From positions 215,548 to 279,547 of the forward strand of contig JAGKWU010000008.1 of the NCBI GenBank assembly GCA_021151695.1: a DNA stretch of 64,000 nt. The letters are read 5' to 3'. The translations under genes were made by a program, and so were the position numbers. Under the pieces are notes generated by a model. It searched no databases. It had not been told where the DNA came from and was given only the letters and a program-made list of their open reading frames with translations. Positions 1-9,827 of the stretch are shown one piece after another (the first letter of the stretch is position 1; the number at the start of each line of letters is the position of its first letter). The DNA is from Cellvibrionaceae bacterium (GTDB lineage Bacteria; Pseudomonadota; Gammaproteobacteria; Pseudomonadales; Cellvibrionaceae).

Positions 1-856
1 CCCGCAACTGGTCAGCATTTGTATTGAAACTCGCCAAAGCTGCCAGCGCCTGCTGGTGTAACTCCTGCGCTTTGGCGCGGGCACCGTCCAACCCCAACAG
101 CGCTACATAAGTTGGCTTATTGCGGGCGATATCGGCACCCTGCTGCTTGCCCAGGGTTTCGGTATCGGCGATTACATCGAGAATGTCATCTTGTACCTGA
201 AACGCCAGGCCAATAGCGGCGGCGTAGGTATCCAGCGCTTGCAGTTGGGCGGCGGTGGCGCCGGCGGCGGTGGCACCCATGCTGACGCTGGCGCGGATAA
301 GTGCACCGGTTTTATGGCGATGCATGTTTTCCAGATGACCAAGGTCAATCTGCTTATCGACCGCCGCCAGATCAATCGCCTGGCCCAACACCATGCCGCG
401 TACACCGGAGGCTTGCGCCAACTGGCGAACCAGCGCGATTTGAATAATGGGGTCTACCTGTTCAGCTTCGCTTAGGAGTTCAAACGCAAAAGTCTGCAAT
501 GCATCGCCGGCGAGAATCGCCGTAGCTTCGTCAAAGGCGATATGACAGGTGGGCTTGCCGCGGCGCAGGTCGTCATCGTCCATTGCAGGGAGATCGTCGT
601 GTACCAGGCTGTAGGAATGCAAGCTCTCCAGCGCACAGGCTACGCGGTCAAGCAGCGTTGTGGGGGCGTCTGAATTTATCGCCAATGCCGCCGCGTAGGC
701 GAGGGTGGGACGCACGCGCTTGCCGCCATTAAATAAGCTGTAGCGCATGGCTTCGCGCAGGCGGGTGGAATCTTCGCCGGGCGGCAGAAGCACGTCCAGC
801 GCACGGTCGACACGGACATGGCACTCCTGTGCAAACGCTTTAAAGTTTTGCGTCAT
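1..856 (-). CDS. ispA: Farnesyl diphosphate synthase (geranyltranstransferase); 3' end lies outside the window
   Basis: Manual translation from ATG at 856: [12 protein letters not shown]...GGKRVRP...[26 protein letters not shown] (first Asp-rich motif). Overlaps the xseB stop (ATGA). Absent from the ORF track because it runs off the edge. Confidence 0.95.
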   Translation of the reverse strand, partial: MTQNFKAFAQECHVRVDRALDVLLPPGEDSTRLREAMRYSLFNGGKRVRPTLAYAAALAINSDAPTTLLDRVACALESLHSYSLVHDDLPAMDDDDLRRGKPTCHIAFDEATAILAGDALQTFAFELLSEAEQVDPIIQIALVRQLAQASGVRGMVLGQAIDLAAVDKQIDLGHLENMHRHKTGALIRASVSMGATAAGATAAQLQALDTYAAAIGLAFQVQDDILDVIADTETLGKQQGADIARNKPTYVALLGLDGARAKAQELHQQALAALASFNTNADQLR

Positions 857-1095
857 TCAGTGTCATCCGCGTCAAATTCGGTGAGGCGGATTTCGCCTTG
901 CTGTTCCAGCAGCAGGCTCACTTGCTGCTCGGCTTCCGCCAGGCGAGTCTGGCATTCGCGCGTCAGTTCTATACCACTGGCAAAGGCTTTGAGGGATTCT
1001 TCCAGGCTCAGGTCGCCCTGTTCCATCCTGGTAACAAGCGCTTCAAGTGCGTTGAGCGATTGTTCAAAATCTACGGCTTTCTTTTTGGTGGCCAT
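853..1095 (-). CDS. xseB: Exodeoxyribonuclease VII small subunit
   Basis: [35 protein letters not shown] motif; canonical xseB-ispA synteny. Confidence 0.95.
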   Translation of the reverse strand: MATKKKAVDFEQSLNALEALVTRMEQGDLSLEESLKAFASGIELTRECQTRLAEAEQQVSLLLEQQGEIRLTEFDADDTE

Positions 1096-1211
1096 GTTGG
1101 CTCCCGGCTGAATTCATGGATGGCTGGGGATTATAAACGCCTGGCCGCGGGCTTGCGACACCTGCAACTTACTGATTGGCGCGAGTTTTCTGTAAGCCAG
1201 AAGCGCAACCT

Positions 1212-1229
1212 TGTGAGACATATCCTACA
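1212..1229 (+). promoter_or_regulatory. GacA/UvrY-type upstream activating box
   Basis: TGTGAGACATATCCTACA resembles the TGTAAG-N6-CTTACA palindrome of rsm/csr sRNA promoters and lies about 60-70 bp upstream of a GGA-rich terminated RNA. Confidence 0.7.
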
Positions 1230-1284
1230 AAGTTTACCGAAATCCGCCACTAGAGCATGGCATGAAAGTCCACAATAATGGCTT

Positions 1285-1401
1285 CGCTAAGGACAAGACC
1301 ACTCGGAGAGTGCGGCTTGGAAGGAAAGGGAATAATTCACCAATTTGTCGAAAGACACATCCTGTAAAAACCCGCTGCATTCCCCCTGCAGCGGGTTTTT
1401 T
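1285..1401 (+). ncRNA. Rsm/Csr-family sRNA (RsmY/RsmX/RsmZ-like); 5' end approximate
   Basis: About 115 nt non-coding with five GGA motifs (one in the hairpin CACT-CGGAG-AGTG), a TGTC-GAAA-GACA hairpin, an intrinsic terminator and an upstream GacA-like box. Confidence 0.7.
1366..1401 (+). terminator. Intrinsic terminator of the putative sRNA
   Basis: AAAAA-CCCGCTGCA-loop-TGCAGCGGG-TTTTTT. Confidence 0.85.
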
Positions 1402-1563
1402 ATTTCGCGTTATTTAACCTGCTTTAGCTTTCTCGCCCGCAGTGTCACATAGGCAAGTAAATCAATTTCCAGTAGTATGCACCGCACTTTGGCGTGCAGA
1501 ATCCGCACGCAATTTCTATATGCCCTTTCTATTTGCCCACGCGGGCGCATTAGGTGAAGCCAT

Positions 1564-3237
1564 TTGAATAAGCGGATTGGTGAACTGCTCATAGAGCGCG
1601 GCCAGATTCAGCAAGACGACATCAAAAAAGCTCTGCAGCTTCAGCAGTCTGTCGGCGGCCGCGTAGGTGCTGGCCTGGTACGCATGGGCGCTATTTCGGA
1701 AGATGACCTGCTCGATGCTCTCTCCGAACAGCTGGGAATCCCTGTGGCCAAAGCGGGCGATTCGCTGCCTGACGCCAGCGCGCTTTACGCCTTTGCGAAA
1801 GCGGCCTCTATTGATATCAACTGGTGTATCGACAACCGTGTGCTCATTTGGTTGGACGACGAAAACCAGCTTAACTTTATCAGCCGCGATCCACTGCTGC
1901 CGTTTATTCAGGAAGTTCTCCACTACCACTATCCCGATGCGCCGCTTAAGCCCTGGTTAGTTACCAGCCACAGCCTCGATTTGCTGGTGGATTATGTGCG
2001 TAGGGAGGTGAGCGCTGAGCGCTTTTTTGCCGAGGGCAGCGAAACCCGTGGCCTGCGCGAAATGGCCGAAGAAGCACCGGTGGTTGAGCTGGTGAATAAT
2101 ATTTTCGCCAAGGCCGTAGCTGCCAACGCCTCGGATATCCACCTGGACCCGCAGGAAGATGTCTTCCGTGTACGCTTGCGTGTGGACGGCGTGCTGCAAA
2201 CACAATTAGAACAGCCGATTGACCGCTTTCCCGCGGTAGCTTCGCGGGTAAAACTGATTTCCGAAATCGACATCGCCGAGCGCCGTTTGCCGCAAGATGG
2301 CCGTATCACCACCCGCGTTAACGGGCGCGAGATGGATGTGCGTGTGTCGACTTTGCCGGGCGTGCATGGCGAATCTATCGTGATGCGTCTGCTGCCCAAG
2401 GACCGCAAAGAACTGTCGCTCGAAACCCTCGGTTTGGAGCCGGACCACATAGAGTTGGTGCGCTCGCTGATGCAGGAATCCAATGGCATAGTGCTGGTCA
2501 CCGGCCCCACCGGCTCGGGTAAATCCACCACTTTATATGCCGCCTTGCAGGAAGCTACTGATGGCACCCGCAAAATCCTTACGGTGGAAGATCCAGTGGA
2601 ATACCAACTGCCCGGTATTACCCAGGTACAGGCCCACGCCGAGATTGGCTACACCTTCGCTCGTGCTTTGCGCGCTTTCCTGCGTCAGGACCCGGACGTG
2701 ATCATGGTGGGTGAGATTCGCGATGTGGAGACGGCGCAGATCGCTATCCAATCCGCGCTCACTGGTCACTTGGTGCTTTCCACCCTCCATACCAACGATT
2801 CGCTCTCGGCATTTACCCGCTTGATCGATATGGGGGTGGAGCCTTTCCTGGTTGCAGCGCCCATCAAGGCGGTGCAAGCCCAGCGCCTGGTGCGTAAAGT
2901 CTGTAAGCATTGCGCCAAGCCGGCGAATATCCCCGCATCTATTAATGAAGAGCTGATCAGCCTCAAGTTCGCCGGCGAGCCGCATTGGGTGGAAGCTGTC
3001 GGCTGTGCGGCCTGTAATCACACAGGCTATTCCGGCCGTATGGGTATCTACGAAATAGTGCCTATCTCCGGTGAACTGCACGATATGATTGTGGATAACG
3101 TGCCAGTGGCGGAAATGCGCAAGCTGGCGCGCCGCCAGGGTCACCGCAACATGTACCAGGACGGCCTGATCAAAGCGGCCAAAGGCCTGACTACCGTCGA
3201 AGAAGTGCTGCGTACTACCAGCATGGATATTGAGTAG
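1564..3237 (+). CDS. gspE: T2SS ATPase GspE with N-terminal MshEN-type motifs
   Basis: Walker A GPTGSGKST, TVEDPVE, LRQDPDVIMVGEIRD, GHLVLSTLH, and two CxxC zinc motifs. TTG start with AGGTG RBS. Confidence 0.95.
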   Translation: MNKRIGELLIERGQIQQDDIKKALQLQQSVGGRVGAGLVRMGAISEDDLLDALSEQLGIPVAKAGDSLPDASALYAFAKAASIDINWCIDNRVLIWLDDENQLNFISRDPLLPFIQEVLHYHYPDAPLKPWLVTSHSLDLLVDYVRREVSAERFFAEGSETRGLREMAEEAPVVELVNNIFAKAVAANASDIHLDPQEDVFRVRLRVDGVLQTQLEQPIDRFPAVASRVKLISEIDIAERRLPQDGRITTRVNGREMDVRVSTLPGVHGESIVMRLLPKDRKELSLETLGLEPDHIELVRSLMQESNGIVLVTGPTGSGKSTTLYAALQEATDGTRKILTVEDPVEYQLPGITQVQAHAEIGYTFARALRAFLRQDPDVIMVGEIRDVETAQIAIQSALTGHLVLSTLHTNDSLSAFTRLIDMGVEPFLVAAPIKAVQAQRLVRKVCKHCAKPANIPASINEELISLKFAGEPHWVEAVGCAACNHTGYSGRMGIYEIVPISGELHDMIVDNVPVAEMRKLARRQGHRNMYQDGLIKAAKGLTTVEEVLRTTSMDIE

Positions 3238-3245
3238 GCCGCCCC

Positions 3246-4436
3246 ATGCAATACACCTACAAAGCCCTCGACCCCAACCAGGCAGTGATCGCTGGCAATA
3301 TAGAAGCCAGCGACGAACGCGAAGCCCTGCGTCTGATTCGCGAAAAGAACCTGCAGGTGCTGGAAATCGCGCCGCAAGCCGAGGATAAGAGCGCGCTGCG
3401 CAAAAAACTGGGCTCAGCGGAAATTACCGTCTCCCTGTTTGAATTGACCACCATGCTCGATTCCGGCGTGGCCATCGCCGATGCTTTGCAGTCCTTACAG
3501 GAGGCAGATTCCCACCCGCAGTTGCAGCGCTTTTACCGCAACGCCTCCGAGCGCCTGCAGCAGGGCGCCAACCTGGGGGCCGCATTGGTGAGTGAGCAGG
3601 TTAAATTGCCGGATTACTTTATCCAGCTCATCGCCGCTGGCGAAGCTTCTGGACAGCTCGCCAGCGCTATGCGCCGCGGTGTGGAGCAGATGGAGTACGA
3701 CCAATCCGTGGTGAACGACCTGCGCAACGCCCTGATTTATCCGGCGATCCTGGTGCTCACCGGTATCAGCGCGGTGGGCTTGATCTTCGTATTTGTAGTG
3801 CCCAAATTCGCCAACATGCTCGACGGCAAACACGAATTACCCCTGCTCGCCCACATGGTGTTGAGCACAGGCATGTGGCTGAACCAGAACTTCTGGTGGG
3901 TGATTATGTTGTTAATCGGCCTGGCAACTTTTGCTGCCATGCAGCTGTCCAAGCCCGCCATTCGCCAGGGGCTGTTGGATAAAATGGCTGGTCTGCCGGT
4001 GCTTGGGCGCTGGTTGGCTGAGTCAGATATAGCGCGTTGGTCGTCAGTGATGGGGGCCATGCTGGCCAGCCGTGTTGAGCTGGTAAAGGCGTTGGAGTTG
4101 GCGCGTTCCAGCGTTAAAAATACGCGTCGTCATAAAGCGCTTAATGCGGCTCAGCGGACAGTACAGTCAGGTGGAAGCTTGTCCAAGGCGCTGCAGGACA
4201 ACCAGATTCTCAACGCCACTGCCTACAATTTGGTGCGCGCCGGTGAAAAGACCGGGCGTTTATCCGAGATGCTGATGGCCGTGGCAAAAATTTACGAAAA
4301 CTCCAGCAAGAACCGCATGAAGCGCTTCCTGCTGCTGATCGAGCCGCTGGCCATTATCCTGATAGGTATAGCAGTCGGGGTAATTATCATGGGGTTGATC
4401 CAGGCCATCACCAGCGTTAACGACATTGCAATCTAA
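3246..4436 (+). CDS. gspF: T2SS inner-membrane platform protein GspF
   Basis: Two GspF repeats (AGEASGQL, AGEKTGRL), LIYPAIL and LLIEP motifs, three TM segments. Confidence 0.93.
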   Translation: MQYTYKALDPNQAVIAGNIEASDEREALRLIREKNLQVLEIAPQAEDKSALRKKLGSAEITVSLFELTTMLDSGVAIADALQSLQEADSHPQLQRFYRNASERLQQGANLGAALVSEQVKLPDYFIQLIAAGEASGQLASAMRRGVEQMEYDQSVVNDLRNALIYPAILVLTGISAVGLIFVFVVPKFANMLDGKHELPLLAHMVLSTGMWLNQNFWWVIMLLIGLATFAAMQLSKPAIRQGLLDKMAGLPVLGRWLAESDIARWSSVMGAMLASRVELVKALELARSSVKNTRRHKALNAAQRTVQSGGSLSKALQDNQILNATAYNLVRAGEKTGRLSEMLMAVAKIYENSSKNRMKRFLLLIEPLAIILIGIAVGVIIMGLIQAITSVNDIAI

Positions 4437-4481
4437 CCTTATCTATTCAATTTTTACCTCAATGAAGTGCGAGATATAAGC

Positions 4482-4919
4482 ATGAAGATTCAAAAACACC
4501 TTCGCCAGCGTGGCTTTACCATGATCGAACTGCTGGTGGTTTTGGTTATCCTCGGCCTGCTGGCCGGTTTGGTGGGCCCGAAGATGTTCGGCAAAGTGGA
4601 TAATGCCAAGGTTAAAACCGCCCAAACCCAGCTCAAGATGCTGAAAGGCGCCCTGCAAACTTACCGTCTGGATGTGGGTGAATATCCCAGCACCCAAGAG
4701 GGATTGGCTGCAGTGAACAGCAAACCAGATTCCGCCAAGGCCAAACAAAACTGGCAGGGCCCATATCTGAGCGAAAAAATCCCGCAAGATCCCTGGGGTA
4801 ATCCTTACCAATACCGCCGTGAGCCCCATGGTGTTGAAGATATCACCCTTTTCTCCCTGGGTGCTGATGGCAAGCCGGGTGGCGAAGGACTGGATGCTGA
4901 TGTCGGTCTGGAAGAGTAA
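4482..4919 (+). CDS. gspG: T2SS major pseudopilin GspG
   Basis: Prepilin site RGFTMIELLVV; YRLDVGEYP, WQGPYL, DPWGNPYQY and SLGADGKPGGEGLDADV motifs. Confidence 0.96.
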   Translation: MKIQKHLRQRGFTMIELLVVLVILGLLAGLVGPKMFGKVDNAKVKTAQTQLKMLKGALQTYRLDVGEYPSTQEGLAAVNSKPDSAKAKQNWQGPYLSEKIPQDPWGNPYQYRREPHGVEDITLFSLGADGKPGGEGLDADVGLEE

Positions 4920-4928
4920 CCAATCGCC

Positions 4929-5309
4929 ATGGCGACCCTGCGCCAGGGGTTTACCCTTATAGAATTGCTGGTGGTGCTGATTATTTTGGCACTTACCAGC
5001 GCACTGGTGCTGCCCAAGTTTCCGGCTATCTATGAGCGCTTCCAAAGTCGTGGCGAGCTGGATGGTTTCTACCAAAGCCTGGCGGCGCTCCCGTTAAAAG
5101 CTTATACCGGGCAGCGCAATATCACTCTGGATGCTGATACAGCAGCAGACTTGCTGGAATTCCCCGCCGATTGGCAATTGGAAATCCCCCAACCGCTTAT
5201 CTACAAAGCCAACGGCGTCTGCCTGGGTGGAGACTTGCGTTTTACCGCCAAGGGCATCACCCGCGAACTCCATTTGCAGCCACCTTTTTGCGACCCCGCG
5301 TCATCATGA
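4929..5309 (+). CDS. gspH: Minor pseudopilin GspH-like
   Basis: QGFTLIELLVVL prepilin motif; position after gspG. Confidence 0.8.
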   Translation: MATLRQGFTLIELLVVLIILALTSALVLPKFPAIYERFQSRGELDGFYQSLAALPLKAYTGQRNITLDADTAADLLEFPADWQLEIPQPLIYKANGVCLGGDLRFTAKGITRELHLQPPFCDPASS

Positions 5310-5743
5310 TCTCTCCGTCCCGCAGTCGCGGTTTTACCCTAATAGAAGCCATGGTTGCCTTGGTGGTTTTCTCCATGGCGGCGATTGGGATTTATGGGTG
5401 GATTAACGGCAATCTCATCACCTTGGGGCGCCTGTCTGAAATAGCGGCAACCGAGCAAGTGCTCAACTCTTCCATGGAACGTTTGAAGCTGGTGGATCTC
5501 AGCACTGAGACCAGCGGCAGATTCAACGTTAATGGCTATTGGGTAGAGTGGAATGCGGAGTTGCTGGAGCCGTGGAGGAATGGCACCACTGCCGTGGGGA
5601 TTGTGGGGTTATATGATCTGGGTTTGTTCCAGGTATCGCTCAATTACATCAAGGATGGCAAGCGTGTAGGTGGGCACGAGTATCGTCGTGTTGCCTATAA
5701 GCAAGTGCGGCAATTCAAGTTAGAAGGGGATGAGCGCGAATGA
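5306..5743 (+). CDS. gspI: Minor pseudopilin GspI-like
   Basis: Start reassigned to ATG 5306 (ATGA overlap); RGFTLIEAMVALVVFS. Confidence 0.82.
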   Translation: MISPSRSRGFTLIEAMVALVVFSMAAIGIYGWINGNLITLGRLSEIAATEQVLNSSMERLKLVDLSTETSGRFNVNGYWVEWNAELLEPWRNGTTAVGIVGLYDLGLFQVSLNYIKDGKRVGGHEYRRVAYKQVRQFKLEGDERE

Positions 5744-6360
5744 GCCCCTCGCACCGGTACAAACTAATGACTGGCGACCATCGTCAGCGCGCCTTTACCT
5801 TGATTGAAATGCTGGTAGTGCTGGTGATCACCAGTCTGCTGGTCACGGTCATCATGCAGGGTTTTGGCTATAGCATGGGGTTGTACCAGCGCGTCCAGGC
5901 CACGCAAAAAAATGCTTACAGTGAAGTGCTTGCCTATAACTGGTTGCGCGAAACCTTGAGTCAGCAGGTGGCGGCTCGTCCAGGTAGTCACGGGTTGGAT
6001 GGGCAGCGACAAGAGCTGACCACTTACAGCTTCCAGCCGCTAGTGCAGCAACCGGGCACTCGCGCATTGATCAATTGGCAGGTGTTGCAGGAGCCAGGTG
6101 CGTTGCAACTCCAATATGAAGAAGCGGGACAGCAATTTCTGGTCTACGAGTGGCCCGAGTCGACGGGTGAATTTGAATATCTGGATGTAAAGGGCAACTG
6201 GCACCCGGTTTGGCCCGTAGAAAAAGCGGATCCTCCACATCTTCCGGAAGCCGTGCGCCTCCAGGTACATACCGGCAGTGAAACCCGAAATTACGTAGTA
6301 GTGGTAGCTACCCGAAAGCAATCCGAAGTCACCATGGATGAGGTGCTTTATGGTCGTTAG
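5740..6360 (+). CDS. gspJ: Minor pseudopilin GspJ-like
   Basis: RAFTLIEMLVVLVI and C-terminal LPEAVRLQV. Confidence 0.82.
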   Translation: MSPSHRYKLMTGDHRQRAFTLIEMLVVLVITSLLVTVIMQGFGYSMGLYQRVQATQKNAYSEVLAYNWLRETLSQQVAARPGSHGLDGQRQELTTYSFQPLVQQPGTRALINWQVLQEPGALQLQYEEAGQQFLVYEWPESTGEFEYLDVKGNWHPVWPVEKADPPHLPEAVRLQVHTGSETRNYVVVVATRKQSEVTMDEVLYGR

Positions 6361-7399
6361 CGTGCCGCGCCGGCAACAAGGCTTTATTCTGGCCGCAGTG
6401 CTCTGGGTGCTGGCGGTGATGTTTATCGCCGTGGGAATTTTCCACGCTTATGTAGAACGCAAAGCGGCCGTAGGACTGCTGGCCAAAGAGCGTATCCAGG
6501 ACGAGCTGGATGTACTGTCTACCGAACAAACACTGCTCTATAGCCTGGGGACATCGCGCATGACTCTTGCGGGGTTGAGCTTCAGTCGCGTCACCCAAGA
6601 GCAACAAAACAACGAACAATTTTCAGCGATATCCGCCGTGGGTGATGAACTCTGGATGGATGGCACTGTCTACGCCGGCTTGGGTAATGCGGAGTTCGCC
6701 TTGCAAGACAATGCTGGTTTGATCGCAATCAATGCATTGGACCAAAGTGTACTGCGTGCATTTCTGGGTAATTACGAAGAAAGTGAAAGTACCAGATCGC
6801 GTCTGCTGGGTAGCTTGCACGATTATATCGACGTGGATGATGCACTGAGCCTGGGTGGAGCTGAGCAACAAGATTATCTCCTGCAGAAATTACCGGCTCC
6901 ACCCAACGATTATCTGCGCGCGGTACCGGAGTTGTGGCAAGTAATGGGATGGCGGGAATGGCTGGGCGAACACCCGCAAATTGATCCGCAACGCTGGTTT
7001 TGTCTGGGGCGATTTTCAGTCCTCAACCCCAATACCATGCCCAAATCATTGCTGATGAGTTATCTGCACCTGGATAAATCATTGGTTGATAAATTGATAC
7101 AGATGCGCCGAACAGATCCCTTTCGTTCAGCAGAGGATTTTATCCTGCGCACCAACCTGCTCATGCATCTGGATGACGAGCGATTACGCTTTTTGCCAGG
7201 CAATGACTTACGCATGACTATTTGGAATAAGAGGGGGGGACAAGCCAGGTTGATTAGCCTACAATTGACGCCCAATGGGCTTATGGGGCCTTGGTTAGTG
7301 GATTATGAGCATAGTGTCCAAACTCTCGACAACGATAATGAAGCTTTGGCCATTCGCCAATCAACCCTCTTCGACCACCCCATGGATACTGGGCAGTGA
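6350..7399 (+). CDS. gspK: Minor pseudopilin GspK
   Basis: QQGFILAAVLWVL (no Glu5, typical of GspK), QDNAGLIAIN, DYIDVDD, ELWQVMG. ATG 6350 with GAGGTG RBS. Confidence 0.88.
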   Translation: MVVSVPRRQQGFILAAVLWVLAVMFIAVGIFHAYVERKAAVGLLAKERIQDELDVLSTEQTLLYSLGTSRMTLAGLSFSRVTQEQQNNEQFSAISAVGDELWMDGTVYAGLGNAEFALQDNAGLIAINALDQSVLRAFLGNYEESESTRSRLLGSLHDYIDVDDALSLGGAEQQDYLLQKLPAPPNDYLRAVPELWQVMGWREWLGEHPQIDPQRWFCLGRFSVLNPNTMPKSLLMSYLHLDKSLVDKLIQMRRTDPFRSAEDFILRTNLLMHLDDERLRFLPGNDLRMTIWNKRGGQARLISLQLTPNGLMGPWLVDYEHSVQTLDNDNEALAIRQSTLFDHPMDTGQ

Positions 7400-8405
7400 T
7401 GCACTGAAACTGGCTGATGAAAATATCGGCCTTGAATCTCCCAGTCTGATCATTCCGCGTAAATATCTTTTCTATCAGTACATGGATTTTGCGGCAGTGC
7501 CACGCGCATTGCGTCGCAACCTTGTGCTGCAACGTATCCGTCAGCTGAGTCCTTTTGGTGAACCAGCATTTGTCGAGGTGGCAGAAGGTGATAGCGTCCA
7601 GGTATGGTTTTGGGATGCTGCGCGACTTGGACGTTTGCACAGCCAGCAGGATTTACCCGCGTTAGCTGCTATCCCCGAGATATTGCTCTATTCCCCTTTC
7701 GACGACGGCTTGCGTATCCAGCAGTGCCTGGATGGTTGGGAACTGCAATATTGGTCTGGCAAAACACTCCGCCATTCGCGCTGGTTGCCGACTCTCCCAA
7801 GTGCTCGCGAGCAGGCAGATTTTGTCCGGGTTTGCGGTGCCTCTGAAGCTGATACCTGGCACACAGCTGCTGCTACCTTATTGCCTCGCCCCTGGAACGA
7901 AAAGCAATTCTGGAGCAAAGATTACCTACTGAGCGAAGCTGTTGCCCCCAAACTGGTATTGATTGTACTGCTTGCCTGGTTTGTGTTGGAGCTGGGTATG
8001 TGGTTGGGTGCGGTGTGCAAAGAAGTCCTGCTCAGCCATAGTGTTGCCAGCAAAAACAGCCAACTGATCGAGCTGGTTCGCCAGCGCGATCACGCACTCC
8101 AGCAGCAGGAATTTAATCAATCAATCCTTGCGCTCATTGATGCTCCGACCCAGCTGCATTTGCTAGCCGAAGTACAGGCTTGTCTTAAGGATCTGAGCTA
8201 CACCATGCTTGATTGGCAATACCAACGTGGTCAACTCGATCTGATATTACAGCAGGAAAATCTGGATACTCGCGCGTTGATTGAATCCTGCGGCAAATCC
8301 AAAGTCTTTGGTGAAGTGCGGGCTGAGCCGGGCATCACGCCGAAGCAAACGCGGTTACTGTTCAAGGTGCCGGTAGTGAGTGGGGAGCAAAAAAATGCCC
8401 AATAA
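7338..8405 (+). CDS. GspL-like T2SS assembly platform protein (divergent); start uncertain
   Basis: Position between gspK and gspM; cytoplasmic domain (AIPEILL), one TM (LVLIVLLAWFVLELGMWLG), then a periplasmic coiled coil. Confidence 0.6.
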   Translation: MKLWPFANQPSSTTPWILGSDALKLADENIGLESPSLIIPRKYLFYQYMDFAAVPRALRRNLVLQRIRQLSPFGEPAFVEVAEGDSVQVWFWDAARLGRLHSQQDLPALAAIPEILLYSPFDDGLRIQQCLDGWELQYWSGKTLRHSRWLPTLPSAREQADFVRVCGASEADTWHTAAATLLPRPWNEKQFWSKDYLLSEAVAPKLVLIVLLAWFVLELGMWLGAVCKEVLLSHSVASKNSQLIELVRQRDHALQQQEFNQSILALIDAPTQLHLLAEVQACLKDLSYTMLDWQYQRGQLDLILQQENLDTRALIESCGKSKVFGEVRAEPGITPKQTRLLFKVPVVSGEQKNAQ

Positions 8406-9039
8406 ATTGCTCCAATCGCTGCTTTCTTTTAATGCGCAACTGCAAAGCCAGCTTCAAGCGAATCAGCGTTTGCGCTGGATGCTGTGGGGGATTGCCTACA
8501 TCCTGATTTTGTATTTTGCGCTCAGTCTGAGTGAGTGGCGCCAAGCCGGCAATGAAACTATTGCCCAGTTGCAACGCACCTCAGCTAAGCTCGATCAGTT
8601 GCAGCACCAAACCCAATGGCCAGAGCGCTTGCAGCACGAGCAGGAATTGGGTGTGCAATTGCGCACTCGCCTGTGGGAGACGCAATCCGAAAGCCTTGCA
8701 GAAGCTGATGTGCAAAACTACTTGCGGCGTCTGATGACCGACCACAATGCGCTCAATTATCGTCCGCGCTTGGCGCCCACAGAGAAAATAGAGATTGCTG
8801 GCCAGTCATTGATCAAAGTGACCGCCGAAGTCAGTGGCAGCGTCGCCGCCAGCCAGATAGATCATCTGCTCAAAGCCCTGGCAGATAATTCGCGTTTTAT
8901 CGCCGTTGAGCGTTTTGGCTATTCCCCGCAGCGCGCTGGCCAGCTCGATATGATGGTCACCGCCTATTTTTTGATTGTGGATGTTGCTTCGACCCAAGGG
9001 CCCGCTACGCAGAAAGGGAGTGAAGATGTTGCTCGTTAA
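8395..9039 (+). CDS. GspM-like T2SS protein
   Basis: N-terminal TM, coiled coil, and a ferredoxin-like C-terminus (LLKALADNSRFIAVERF); cluster position. Confidence 0.6.
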   Translation: MPNKLLQSLLSFNAQLQSQLQANQRLRWMLWGIAYILILYFALSLSEWRQAGNETIAQLQRTSAKLDQLQHQTQWPERLQHEQELGVQLRTRLWETQSESLAEADVQNYLRRLMTDHNALNYRPRLAPTEKIEIAGQSLIKVTAEVSGSVAASQIDHLLKALADNSRFIAVERFGYSPQRAGQLDMMVTAYFLIVDVASTQGPATQKGSEDVAR

Positions 9040-9766
9040 TCTTCCTGCCCATGAACGCAAATTCTACCAACTCTCATTCACCTTGCTGGCTATTACTCTG
9101 GTGATGGGACTGTTGATTGGCGGTATAAATGCTGGTGAAAGTACAAATAACCGGACAGACAATTGGCAAGCTAGCGAATTGCGTCCGAGCGCTGATACAT
9201 TAGCCGACTTTAACTCCATCACTACTCAGTCTCGCTGGTTTGTAGAAGGTGGTCAGTCCAAAGCCACTGCCAATGTTATTGATACCGATGAGGTGGAAAG
9301 CTTTCATCTTTTGGGGATTGTGGATAAAGGCGGTCAGCGCTATGCGCTCTTTATGCCCCCAGCCACTGATGCGGGGCACAGCAAAATGGTGCAGCTCGCA
9401 ACTGGCGAACCGCTCGTAGGTGATTGGAAATTGCAGGAAATAACGTCCACCAAAGTCATCGTTTCAAAGGCGGCTGATAACGAAACACGTGAGCTGTTGC
9501 TCTACGGAGCACCAACAAAAGCCGCAAAGGCGCCGGTAGCTGCAAGCAAACACACGGCTACTGCTAAATCGGCGAAGTCCTCCGGGGCATCTGAGGTGGC
9601 TGCAAAAGCCAGAGATGCATCTCCCAGGACGCCAACGAAAGACAGACCAAAAAGAGATAAGGCTGAGATCGAAAAAAACCGGGCCCAACGTGCTGAAACA
9701 GTCGCAAAACGGAAGGCCGATTCCGCTCATAAAAAAGCTGAAAAAGACAAAGCAACAAAACGCTGA
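9026..9766 (+). CDS. GspC/PilP-like HR-domain protein with a Lys/Ala-rich tail
   Basis: TM followed by an HR-like domain (FHLLGIVDKGGQRYALF...LATGEPLVGDWKLQEITSTKVIV); lies just upstream of the secretin gene. Confidence 0.55.
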   Translation: MLLVNLPAHERKFYQLSFTLLAITLVMGLLIGGINAGESTNNRTDNWQASELRPSADTLADFNSITTQSRWFVEGGQSKATANVIDTDEVESFHLLGIVDKGGQRYALFMPPATDAGHSKMVQLATGEPLVGDWKLQEITSTKVIVSKAADNETRELLLYGAPTKAAKAPVAASKHTATAKSAKSSGASEVAAKARDASPRTPTKDRPKRDKAEIEKNRAQRAETVAKRKADSAHKKAEKDKATKR

Positions 9767-9827
9767 TCACCTTGATGATTTAGGCAGCCAACTTACGTAA
9801 AACTCTAGCTTCAGGAATGCTGAAATA

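Noticed and set aside
172..475. Short ORFs 172..405 (-) and 191..475 (+)
   Set aside because: Alternative-frame or antisense shadows of ispA, which occupies 1-856 on the minus strand.
1410..1929. Minus-strand ORFs overlapping the gspE start
   Set aside because: No recognisable motifs; antisense to a well-supported gene and its promoter region.
5171..5305. N-terminal extension of the gspI ORF in the track
   Set aside because: Overlaps gspH; the prepilin motif and ATGA coupling place the start at 5306.
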